Shown: positions 9,240-17,288 of the stretch, one piece after another
Position numbering within the stretch: position 1 is the stretch's first letter
Layout of the letters: each line of letters opens with the position of its first letter
Virus record (IMG/VR): IMGVR_UViG_2595698902_000001
Span: 1 to 64,000 of that record
Length of the DNA stretch: 64,000 nt
Direction: 5' to 3' (one strand)
From: a virus
Lineage: Duplodnaviria > Caudoviricetes
Made by a program: the position numbers and the translations under genes
The notes under the pieces: generated by a model
What the model was told of the DNA's origin: nothing
The model's input: the letters and a program-made list of their open reading frames with translations, nothing else
Databases searched by the model: none

Positions 9240-9272
9240 CTACCGACAAACCCCGCACTAGGCGGGGTTCTT
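9240..9272 (-). terminator. hairpin/terminator, identical to 8100-8132
   Basis: 33-bp exact duplicate. Confidence 0.7.
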
Positions 9273-9286
9273 TTGTCATGCGTTTA

Positions 9287-9463
9287 TTATCCGACCATAT
9301 TCATATCCCGCGTTGTGTAGCCTTTGCGAATCGCCAGCTTTGCAGCGGCTGCGCGATGGTTCGCGTGGATTGTCAGCTTTACCGCGTTGCCGTCCTTGTC
9401 GGTGGCGTTAGATTCATAAGTGTGTTTGCTTTCGTGCAGGGTGCCGATAACGATGGTTTCCAT
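9287..9463 (-). CDS. 58-aa hypothetical protein (not in ORF track)
   Basis: Translated by hand: METIVIGTLHESKHTYESNATDKDGNAVKLTIHANHRAAAAKLAIRKGYTTRDMNMVG; GAGGA RBS; fills the gap. Confidence 0.75.
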   Translation of the reverse strand: METIVIGTLHESKHTYESNATDKDGNAVKLTIHANHRAAAAKLAIRKGYTTRDMNMVG

Positions 9464-9474
9464 TTTCGCAGTCC

Positions 9475-9855
9475 TCAGAAGTTTTTGATTGCGCGGTCGC
9501 GTGGGTTGGTGGTGCAGCGCACAATGGCGCCGTCCTTGTAGTAAACGGTCATGTTACCGTCGAGGCCCCACTGGTCAAAAATGAACAGGTCGAGAACGGC
9601 GCGGCCATCATCGGTCAATTCCACGCCTTTGCGGAATTCTGCCCAACCGTGCATGTCGTGCAGGTCGGTATCTGCCCAGTCTTCGGTTTGTGCAACGCGA
9701 GCCACGTTAAGCGACGTTGGCGTTTCGGAATCGGTCAGGCTTACGCGGGAACCGAGTTCGATTCGGCGCAGACCGGAGCAGCTACGTTTAGCAGCGGCGC
9801 GGATTACTTTGCACTCTTCGGCGGTTGGCTTCCAGACGTTGGCTTTCTTGCTCAT
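9475..9855 (-). CDS. hypothetical early protein
   Basis: First gene after promoter cassette 4. Confidence 0.75.
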   Translation of the reverse strand: MSKKANVWKPTAEECKVIRAAAKRSCSGLRRIELGSRVSLTDSETPTSLNVARVAQTEDWADTDLHDMHGWAEFRKGVELTDDGRAVLDLFIFDQWGLDGNMTVYYKDGAIVRCTTNPRDRAIKNF

Positions 9856-9948
9856 GGCTTAAACTTCCCTAATGGCGTGACTGTAATGTTTCCGGGCAAG
9901 CTTCGCCCGATTCGCCAGCAGGTTATCAATCTGGCGTCCAGCTGTCAA
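9856..9948 (-). promoter_or_regulatory. early promoter cassette, copy 4
   Basis: TTGACA-17 bp-TAACCT; CGGGC-GAAGCTT-GCCCG hairpin; TTACAGTCACG; TTAGGGAAGTTT. Confidence 0.85.
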
Positions 9949-10035
9949 CAGGCAAGCAAACGCGGGCCGTGCTGCCTTCTATACGCGGGCGCGTGTACGT
10001 GCGCGTATAAGCAAAGCGCTGGCGCCAGAAACGAC

Positions 10036-10060
10036 AAAGCCCCGCACAAGGCGAGGCTTT
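10036..10060 (-). terminator. intrinsic terminator
   Basis: AAAGCCCCGC...GCGAGGCTTT; tail GCCAGAAACGACAAAGCCCC shared with 255-274. Confidence 0.7.
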
Positions 10061-10063
10061 TGG

Positions 10064-10582
10064 TTAGGCGGCTTCTTTGGAAAGTTCGACAGAGACGATT
10101 GGGCGCGTGGGATAGTAGAAGTCCCGAACGTGCTTTTCGATTCTGATTAGTTTGCAGTACAGGCGCAGGTGGGAACCCTTTTCAAACTTGACGACAAAAA
10201 GTTTTTCGTCTGGCAGCGCCCCTTTCCTAAATTTCAGGTCGTCAACAATTCGTTGGAAAGCTTTTGCCTGTTCCAGTTTGTCAAACCAAAAACCTTGCGT
10301 CGTATCATGCGGCGTCATTACTTGCACAACTGGCGTGACGCGGGAAATTTTTCCGTACATGAATGCCGCCTGCTCGGCCAGCTCTTCAATCGGCTGCGCG
10401 TCCAGCTTCGCAAAGAATAATTCAACCATGTGCAGGATTTCGTAGTAATCGGGATCGTGCTTGCGGTTTTCGATTGCCTGAATCCGGGCAGGCTCGATCA
10501 TCAGATATTTTGCCAAGTCGGATTGGCTAACGTTGAGGCGTTTGCGCCATTGCTGCATCTGGCGGGCGGTGATTCTGCGCAT
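10064..10582 (-). CDS. XRE/Cro-like HTH protein
   Basis: MQQWRKRLNVSQSDLAKYLMIEPARIQAIEN. Confidence 0.75.
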   Translation of the reverse strand: MRRITARQMQQWRKRLNVSQSDLAKYLMIEPARIQAIENRKHDPDYYEILHMVELFFAKLDAQPIEELAEQAAFMYGKISRVTPVVQVMTPHDTTQGFWFDKLEQAKAFQRIVDDLKFRKGALPDEKLFVVKFEKGSHLRLYCKLIRIEKHVRDFYYPTRPIVSVELSKEAA

Positions 10583-10601
10583 TTTATTTTTCCCTAATCG
10601 C

Positions 10602-10630
10602 AAAAAGCCCCAGCGGTTAGGCCGGGGCTT
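10602..10630 (-). terminator. intrinsic terminator
   Basis: AAAAAGCCCC...GGGGCTT. Confidence 0.65.
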
Positions 10631-10639
10631 CGTTATCGC

Positions 10640-11092
10640 TTATTGCTGGTGGTTGGCGTACAACTCTTGCATCAGCTCAGCGGCTGCGTCGGGATCATCC
10701 CCAGCCGGAATTTCCACGCTAATGATCTGCGTTTTTGGTTTCGGCTTGTCGCGGATTTCCAAATTGTAGAAGAAGTGGCTCTCAGGATCGTTAATCGATT
10801 GCTTTTCGCCCGGTGCGGCAAGGCGAACCAGAAAACGGCGGTTGCTTTCATATTCGCCCGTGATCCAATCGCCAAATTCCCGATGGAATGCGGAACCGCA
10901 CAACACTTCGGAAAGTTGCTCATGGAACTGGTTGCGAGTGAGGCGCGAAAACTTCAATTTTGCAAGCAGCTCGCCGGAGTCAAAGAACGCCGTGGTCTTA
11001 CCGGATTCGACGGTTGCCTTCACGATTTCAAGCATCGCCTCTTCGACTTTAACGAGGTCAGCGTTATCGTATTTTGGCATGGACTTTTTCAT
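10640..11092 (-). CDS. hypothetical protein
   Basis: Start re-assigned to MKKSMP (GGAG RBS). Confidence 0.65.
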   Translation of the reverse strand: MKKSMPKYDNADLVKVEEAMLEIVKATVESGKTTAFFDSGELLAKLKFSRLTRNQFHEQLSEVLCGSAFHREFGDWITGEYESNRRFLVRLAAPGEKQSINDPESHFFYNLEIRDKPKPKTQIISVEIPAGDDPDAAAELMQELYANHQQ

Positions 11093-11194
11093 TGCATTTT
11101 CTCCACCAGTCTCAAAGAATGCACCGTGCGCCAGCCGACCAGTGAAAAGCCAGCGCATAGTGTTTGTTGCTTTCTTACTATTTACAGTTTTCGC

Positions 11195-11542
11195 TTACAG
11201 CAGAATGCCGGTGCGAATCAGACGGATTGTCGAAGCGCGTGCGCTACTGAATCCATATTCGCGAACCTTGAACGGAACCAACATCGCGTGAAAGCGATTT
11301 TGTTTGTATTGGTTTTCTTGGTCGAGGTGATCGGCTTCGACGGTAACGGCAGCTTGCACAATGAATGCAGCTTTTTCCTGCTTGGCGTCTTTCGGTTGGC
11401 GTTCAACCGAATTGAAGTAAACGCCGTCAGCACGCTTCAACGAGGTCAGCAACACTTCGTCAATGTCCGCACTCGCCGGAATGAAATAAACGTCCAATTG
11501 CTCGGGCCATTGTTCATACGTGAGCAGAATGGAATCGCGCAT
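11195..11542 (-). CDS. hypothetical early protein
   Basis: First gene after promoter cassette 5. Confidence 0.75.
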   Translation of the reverse strand: MRDSILLTYEQWPEQLDVYFIPASADIDEVLLTSLKRADGVYFNSVERQPKDAKQEKAAFIVQAAVTVEADHLDQENQYKQNRFHAMLVPFKVREYGFSSARASTIRLIRTGILL

Positions 11543-11632
11543 CGGAAAACTTCCCTAAAAGTGTGAGTGCTTTTGTTCCGGGCACAGCAAGGCCCGGACT
11601 CGCATTATGCCGCCCTAGCCCGCGTCTGTCAA
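11543..11632 (-). promoter_or_regulatory. early promoter cassette, copy 5
   Basis: TTGACA-17 bp-CATAAT; CCGGGC-N8-GCCCGG hairpin; TTAGGGAAGTTT. Confidence 0.85.
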
Positions 11633-12127
11633 GCCTGCCTGCGCGCTGGCTAGACGGGCCTCGGTGGCCGGTGGGTGGCCGTTGTAGCCTTCGACGCTGC
11701 GGGTCCACGCATCGGGCATTAATTGCACTTCATCACGACCGGCCAGCACGGCGCGTACCTTCGGCGTTTCGCGGCGGCTAACAGGGATAATCAAACCGTT
11801 AATAAGCGTGATTTGATAGAGGCCGGTGGGCAAACGTTTCATATGGGCAATGGCGGAGGCGCGCACCAATGCCTTGCGGTGAACGCGAATGAAATCAGCA
11901 AACTTTTCTTCGGTTGCAAATGTTGCCAACGCTTTGTCCGTCATCGGGTGGAAGTCGGAAGGCTGCGCATTAAGCAAATGGAATTCGACGTACTTGTTAT
12001 CGCTGACCAGCGCCACAATATCATCGCTGTTGAATTGCGCTACCCGTTTGCCACAAACGATTGTGTAATCAAACGGGGAATCTTCTGCGGCGGTTTCTTC
12101 TACGGTTTCAATTGCGGCGCTGTCCAT
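11615..12127 (-). CDS. stand-alone LytTR DNA-binding protein (AlgR-like)
   Basis: DNKYV...FIRVHRKALV...YQITL...IPVSRR hallmark LytTR motifs; no receiver domain. Confidence 0.85.
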   Translation of the reverse strand: MDSAAIETVEETAAEDSPFDYTIVCGKRVAQFNSDDIVALVSDNKYVEFHLLNAQPSDFHPMTDKALATFATEEKFADFIRVHRKALVRASAIAHMKRLPTGLYQITLINGLIIPVSRRETPKVRAVLAGRDEVQLMPDAWTRSVEGYNGHPPATEARLASAQAGLTDAG

Positions 12128-12136
12128 CGATGTTCC

Positions 12137-12745
12137 TTAACTATTCAGGAGTTTCAGCAGCATTTGCTTTTCTTGCTGCGAGCGGTTTTTCACGCTGTCG
12201 CGAGTTTGCTGGCTACTGGATTTAAAGTAGGTGTTAACCGTGGCACCGCGATAGTCCTGCACCTTTTCGATGAAGTCTTTGTCGCTGCCCCGGAAATTAC
12301 TGCCGAGTGCTTTGATAATGATCGAAGTATTTCGACCATATTGCACGGCTACGCTGAACACGCATTCACGCACCGCGACATGTCGGTCATCGACGTTAAT
12401 GCCTTCGGCTTTCAGCTTGGCCGCTTGTGGATCGTAGTGCGAAGCCGCGATGTATTGGAACTGGTCCCGTTCAAACGCGGTCGGCGTTTCATTTGCGATT
12501 TTGTTGTACACGGAAGTAAACGCAGCGGTTCCCGGTTTCAGTCCTGCGAATTGCGCACGGTACGGAGCACCGAACGGAGATTCAAGGAACAGAGCCATAG
12601 AGCCGTTATTCGACGCCAGCTGATGCTTGCCGTAGCTCACACCGCCGTTGTCACCTTTGCCGGTAGAAACGGTTTTTACACCACGGCCACCGGACTCGAA
12701 AAAACCGGAAACGTTTCCGGTAATTTCAACGCGTTTATCAGACAT
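12137..12745 (-). CDS. VgrG3-C-type lysozyme-like muramidase, probable endolysin
   Basis: FESGGRG...STGKGDNGGVSYGKHQL...SVAVQYG; homologous to a domain in 26679..30185. Confidence 0.7.
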   Translation of the reverse strand: MSDKRVEITGNVSGFFESGGRGVKTVSTGKGDNGGVSYGKHQLASNNGSMALFLESPFGAPYRAQFAGLKPGTAAFTSVYNKIANETPTAFERDQFQYIAASHYDPQAAKLKAEGINVDDRHVAVRECVFSVAVQYGRNTSIIIKALGSNFRGSDKDFIEKVQDYRGATVNTYFKSSSQQTRDSVKNRSQQEKQMLLKLLNS

Positions 12746-12807
12746 AGTTTTTCCTCTTGGTTGGGGATGAAGCTATGTCTAAATTATCGCAAACAAAACG
12801 CCGTGTT

Positions 12808-13368
12808 TCATTTCCGCATGTACGCTAACGGGATTGGCAGGCCGTTAACGATACGCCACTTCGTACTCTCGCCGCACTTGGCGCAGTCGTGGTAGAAGTG
12901 ATTTCTTTGCACGATTTTTACTTTCAGTTCTTGGCGGGGTTCGTCCTGCAAAAACTGTTGGCATTTCGGACACTGCAAATCTAGTGCGCCCCGTGCAAAA
13001 CCGTCACGACCGGGATCGCCTCTGTCGCCTCGGGCGCCCATCATACCGCACGGGCCAGCCGGACCGGTAAACTTGTAACGAACCCGATTTTTCCAACGCT
13101 TGATCAGCGGCTCACGCTTGTAAACCACACCGATATATTCTGCTTCCATTTGCGTAGCCAAACGTACAGCACAGCGAACGGCAATGTCTTCAAAATCAAT
13201 GTCGCCGTGGATATCAGCGGCATCTAGGTCTTCCTGAAATTCTTGATCTGCAACATTGTGCCAGAACAAACCGAAACGCTCACGGCGTTGAACCAAATAG
13301 GTGTCGGTTACGAATTCCAAAACGCGGATTTTTGTCACTGGGCGGCAGGCGAAACGTAAACGTGCCAA
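12808..13368 (-). CDS. protein with short collagen-like GXY run and C-terminal Zn ribbon
   Basis: GPAGPCGMMGARGDRGDPGRDG; CPKC...CAKC. Confidence 0.65.
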   Translation of the reverse strand: MARLRFACRPVTKIRVLEFVTDTYLVQRRERFGLFWHNVADQEFQEDLDAADIHGDIDFEDIAVRCAVRLATQMEAEYIGVVYKREPLIKRWKNRVRYKFTGPAGPCGMMGARGDRGDPGRDGFARGALDLQCPKCQQFLQDEPRQELKVKIVQRNHFYHDCAKCGESTKWRIVNGLPIPLAYMRK

Positions 13369-13610
13369 ACCAACTCTTCGTTGTGCGTGGTCACGGTGCC
13401 CACGAAACGGCCCGGCGCTTCTGGCATCGGATTGCCAGTGCCGTAGATTGCAATTTCTACGTTGGCTTTTTGCTCAGCTTCTGGATTTACTTCTGCGTAC
13501 AAAACAAGGTCGCCGCGCTGGTTCATCACGCTCAGAATAACGTGACCAGCAGGCAGCTCGATAGTTTGGCGATCAACCAATTGCAGCTTAGTTTTCCAAA
13601 TGGTTTTCAT
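13335..13610 (-). CDS. conserved small phage protein
   Basis: MKTIWK..L...Q.IELP...ILSV..Q...LYAEV...GTG...VWHVY pattern seen in many phages. Confidence 0.7.
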   Translation of the reverse strand: MKTIWKTKLQLVDRQTIELPAGHVILSVMNQRGDLVLYAEVNPEAEQKANVEIAIYGTGNPMPEAPGRFVGTVTTHNEELVWHVYVSPAAQ

Positions 13611-13653
13611 GCAGTCCTCTCGTTTAGGAAACGGGGATTTCTCCCCGTATGGT

Positions 13654-14529
13654 TTAAACCAAATTCTTTAGCAGGATGCGAGCGCTAGGCTCACACGCGT
13701 CACCGCTACAGGCCTGACCTGCGTAGGATTGCGGAGGCGATTGGAACGTCTCGTAAACAAACAGGCGATAAGCCATTTCATCGCCCAAATAAACTTTGCG
13801 CAGATTGACGGACAGCTCAGAGCCACAACGGTTTACCTTATCGATCAGGTAGGAAAGTGCGCTCGGAGAAAACGCATTAAATCCTGCACCAAATCTTACG
13901 TCGTGGTGGTCGTCTTCTGCGACGTAGGCGTTTTGCTTGATCAGCTGCGCGTGCATGAGTTGCGGATTCAGGTAATACGGCTGCTCGCCTTTACGTCCCA
14001 ACTCAGGGTGCGAATCCCAATCGCCGCGCATGGAATTAGGACCACGGCAATAACGGGCCTCTTCACCGTCAAAGTGCCAATTGAGTTTGCACTCTTTGAC
14101 GTTTTTCCACTCTTCAAACAGAGCACAGACAACCTGATTCTCTACGCTGCGGCTTGGGAACAAAACTTGGAAATCGCGGCGCCAGTTAGACGAATGGCGG
14201 AACGAATAAATCAATGTATTCAGCAGATCAGCAAAGCGGATAAAAGATGCGTCTTTCAGGTGCTCAACGTCGGGCGTGAAAATGACGTGACCGGAGAAAG
14301 TTTTAGTAGGGATGGAACCGGGATCGGTGTCGAGGCCATACGCCAGCGCATACTGGGAACGGCCCGCGTTTTCGATAAACATTTGTGCGGAACTTTCGGT
14401 CGGAGCCACAACGATTACACGGCGCTCATATTGCGAGTGCGGGTAGTGGTGGTGTCCGATGATTGCGGACTTTGCCAAGGCAAGGAACGCAGCGGTATCG
14501 CTGAACGTACTGTAGTTCATAATGGACAT
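13654..14529 (-). CDS. hypothetical protein
   Basis: 291-aa ORF in gene run. Confidence 0.7.
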   Translation of the reverse strand: MSIMNYSTFSDTAAFLALAKSAIIGHHHYPHSQYERRVIVVAPTESSAQMFIENAGRSQYALAYGLDTDPGSIPTKTFSGHVIFTPDVEHLKDASFIRFADLLNTLIYSFRHSSNWRRDFQVLFPSRSVENQVVCALFEEWKNVKECKLNWHFDGEEARYCRGPNSMRGDWDSHPELGRKGEQPYYLNPQLMHAQLIKQNAYVAEDDHHDVRFGAGFNAFSPSALSYLIDKVNRCGSELSVNLRKVYLGDEMAYRLFVYETFQSPPQSYAGQACSGDACEPSARILLKNLV

Positions 14530-14602
14530 TTTCTATTCCTTTGTGACATTCACATAAGTTTGAATTGCGCTGCGCTATGCACAGTCGCTTTTGGTACAAC
14601 GG

Positions 14603-15007
14603 TTACAACTTGCTTCTAGCGTGTGACAACCCACGGAGCAAACGATCTGCTTCGTGTTTTCCTGCAAAATAAACCAAACGCTCATACGTGAAATCGTACA
14701 GCTTTGCCCAACCGGGCGCGACTTCGTGGCGCAAATAGGCAGAGCGTAAAATCGTAACGCAGCGGCGCGGATCGTAAATGCGATGCGCTTCTGCGAAGAG
14801 GGATTCCAACCAGTCTTCGTCGAGGTCGCTGATATAGAAAAGCGCGTCCACAATCACGCTGCACCAGACGCGGTAAACGCCTTCCGTATTTGCAACTTGA
14901 ATCAAGTGCTCGACGGTCTGCTCGGGTACGACGTGGTACTGCGGAATGCGGCGCGGAATCTTAACTCTCTTTTCCGCTCGCCAAGGATTCGTAGACAGCA
15001 TGATCAA
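14603..15007 (-). CDS. hypothetical protein
   Basis: ORF in gene run; start uncertain. Confidence 0.55.
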   Translation of the reverse strand: MIMLSTNPWRAEKRVKIPRRIPQYHVVPEQTVEHLIQVANTEGVYRVWCSVIVDALFYISDLDEDWLESLFAEAHRIYDPRRCVTILRSAYLRHEVAPGWAKLYDFTYERLVYFAGKHEADRLLRGLSHARSKL

Positions 15008-15290
15008 GCCCCGTGATACGCATCAGAAGATTTCGGATCAAAACAACTTCGTCGCGGACGTAGTTGTACAGCGTCTCGAAGTCTTCTTCGTCATTCAGCA
15101 GATAAGAATCGGACGGGGAATTTTCCGAACACCAAACGCAACGGTCGCACATGACGATGCTGAATGCCCAGCCGTTGTAAACGATCTGCATCAGTGGCAG
15201 ATTTTCTTCTTCTTTTTCTGTTTGACAGGCGCCATAGGCGTCATTGTTAAACCGTTCAACTACAGCAGTCGCCAGCTTCAACAGGTCCAT
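14961..15290 (-). CDS. hypothetical protein
   Basis: ORF with AAGGGG RBS. Confidence 0.65.
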   Translation of the reverse strand: MDLLKLATAVVERFNNDAYGACQTEKEEENLPLMQIVYNGWAFSIVMCDRCVWCSENSPSDSYLLNDEEDFETLYNYVRDEVVLIRNLLMRITGLDHAVYESLASGKES

Positions 15291-15301
15291 AAAAATTCCC
15301 C

Positions 15302-15673
15302 TTAGTCCAACAGAATGCCGAAATCTTTCCAGACTTCATCTTTGGTTTTGCCGTGCGTCTCACGGTCGATTGTTTGCAGCGCTTTGATCTGGTGCTTGAG
15401 GTTGGAAATTTCCTTGAGATTTTTGCGGATCAGACGCAGCCACTGCGCACGGGAAAAGTAAAACGATTCCGGGCCAAAACCTTCCGGGCCAGCAGAGTCT
15501 TCGGAACCCCGCCACACAATAGCTTTGACACGCTGGGCGCGTTCATCATCCTCGGGAAATTCAAAGCGCAACCGGATAGATTGCTGCTTGAGTTCTTTCA
15601 TTTTTGTACGGGTTGCCCAGTACGCTTTTTCGTACAGCGAGTTCGGGTGGTTTTCAGCTTGGGTCATGGTCAA
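15302..15673 (-). CDS. hypothetical coiled-coil protein
   Basis: ORF in gene run. Confidence 0.65.
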   Translation of the reverse strand: MTMTQAENHPNSLYEKAYWATRTKMKELKQQSIRLRFEFPEDDERAQRVKAIVWRGSEDSAGPEGFGPESFYFSRAQWLRLIRKNLKEISNLKHQIKALQTIDRETHGKTKDEVWKDFGILLD

Positions 15674-15976
15674 TCACCATTGATTGATTTGAATTGGCGG
15701 TAAATTGCGCCGCACAGCATGTTGAATTGTGTGGTGCAGTTCCGATTGCGTATAGTCGTCATCCCGCATACGGTAGTGCGTGTAATCGCGGTAGTTTGGT
15801 GCGCCATTGTCGTGGGTTTGCGCGTAGGAAACACATTCACGCAAAATCTGCCACGATATGGACAAGTCACGCAGGCGCATAGCATACAGCTGGCCTACGG
15901 CGGTCACATGGAAATCAGATAGCCCAGCTCGCCGGGCAGCTTCCAGCGAAGCGAACAAAATAATGTATTCGTTCAT
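15674..15976 (-). CDS. hypothetical protein
   Basis: ORF in gene run. Confidence 0.55.
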   Translation of the reverse strand: MNEYIILFASLEAARRAGLSDFHVTAVGQLYAMRLRDLSISWQILRECVSYAQTHDNGAPNYRDYTHYRMRDDDYTQSELHHTIQHAVRRNLPPIQINQW

Positions 15977-15990
15977 TTCACATTTACAGA

Positions 15991-16314
15991 TTAGGAAACG
16001 GTTGGGTCAGGCACGGCATACTTTCGGAAATCTTCGTCGCCCGTTTCCTTGTGAGCGAGGTTGCCGACAGAGTTGGTCACGAACATTCCCAGCGGCAAGA
16101 AAATGCGCGGGAATTCGTCGTGCCAAACGCCCGGATGATCAGTAGAATCGCCGTTCACGTATTTGCGCGGACCACACACGCAGCAAAGCTTTTTACCCAT
16201 GCGTTCTGGTGCGTAAGACCAATCGTAGTCCTTGAGAAAAAGCGTGAACATTCTCACGCCAACGAACGCCGTGTTTTCACAACATCCACAAACGTCGCAT
16301 TGAAATAAACTCAT
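15991..16314 (-). CDS. Cys-rich (Zn-binding) conserved phage protein
   Basis: MSLFQCDVCGCCENTA...LCCVCGP...WH..F.R.FLP. Confidence 0.75.
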   Translation of the reverse strand: MSLFQCDVCGCCENTAFVGVRMFTLFLKDYDWSYAPERMGKKLCCVCGPRKYVNGDSTDHPGVWHDEFPRIFLPLGMFVTNSVGNLAHKETGDEDFRKYAVPDPTVS

Positions 16315-16637
16315 TGTGCCACCGCATCATTCAGGCGCTTAACCAAAGCGCGGAATTTATCAGAACTCATTGTGTGTGAGTGCTCCGACGTTTCGATACC
16401 AAACGGATTGGTATCACGCAGTTTGATCTTGCGGGTTTTCGTGGAATTTTCCACGCACCATTTCAACGCGAAAGCGTAGGGATCGTAGACATGTGAAATG
16501 TTGATTACGTCGAAGCCTGAACGGCGAAGGCCGTAACGTTCAAAGCAGTCCCAGTATTCAACAAAAACTACTGCGTATAATCCACGCATTTCAAACGTCG
16601 GAAGTCTGCCTCGCAACTTCGTCATATCGAACCTCAA
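16311..16637 (-). CDS. hypothetical protein
   Basis: ORF in gene run. Confidence 0.6.
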   Translation of the reverse strand: MRFDMTKLRGRLPTFEMRGLYAVVFVEYWDCFERYGLRRSGFDVINISHVYDPYAFALKWCVENSTKTRKIKLRDTNPFGIETSEHSHTMSSDKFRALVKRLNDAVAQ

Positions 16638-16667
16638 AGGGTTGGCCGTCCTTGGCCTGTTGTCCGT

Positions 16668-16979
16668 TTAGGCTACCGGTGCAGCCGGGGCTTGCGTGTC
16701 TACTTCCAGCTCTTCGTCTTCGTCTTCGTCATCTTCTTCGTCTTCCTCTTCGCTATGGAAAGCGTATTGGAACGCGCCGCCGGAGAATACGAGGCTGTCA
16801 CCGAAACCGACAAAGGCGTCTGGACTGCCGTAGAAATGATGAACTTTTCCGCCCTCAAAATAAATGGCTTCGACCTGCACCACGTCGGTGTCTTCTGCCC
16901 GGTGAATCTCATGGACGGTCATAGCAATGCTGCTATTGTTCGGGGCGGTAACGGCACCAACGAATGGAACTTTAGACAT
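16668..16979 (-). CDS. hypothetical protein with acidic tail
   Basis: AGGAG RBS; EEEDEEDDEDEDEE. Confidence 0.7.
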   Translation of the reverse strand: MSKVPFVGAVTAPNNSSIAMTVHEIHRAEDTDVVQVEAIYFEGGKVHHFYGSPDAFVGFGDSLVFSGGAFQYAFHSEEEDEEDDEDEDEELEVDTQAPAAPVA

Positions 16980-16991
16980 GTGTAACTCCTG

Positions 16992-17288
16992 TTATTTACG
17001 TTTCTTTTTGCGGGCTTTCTGCGACTTGCGCAATGCAGCTGCGTTCATCGCGGAAATCATTGCGGCACTGTAGACCGGGGCACGGCCACCAGCCACCAAA
17101 TCTTCGTTGAGCAATTGCGCGAGGTCTTCTTTGCTCATGTCATCAATGCGGTCGAATTCCGCATCCAAATCTTCGCCGTCTTGCGTAGGCTCTTCGGCTA
17201 CGGCGTCGGCATGTTCTGCGCAGAATGGTACTTCGTCAATGTGGACAAAATGCGGAGTCTCGCCGCGCTTCTGTTGTACTTCTTCCAT
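16992..17288 (-). CDS. hypothetical protein (acidic body, basic tail)
   Basis: ORF coupled to upstream stop. Confidence 0.65.
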   Translation of the reverse strand: MEEVQQKRGETPHFVHIDEVPFCAEHADAVAEEPTQDGEDLDAEFDRIDDMSKEDLAQLLNEDLVAGGRAPVYSAAMISAMNAAALRKSQKARKKKRK

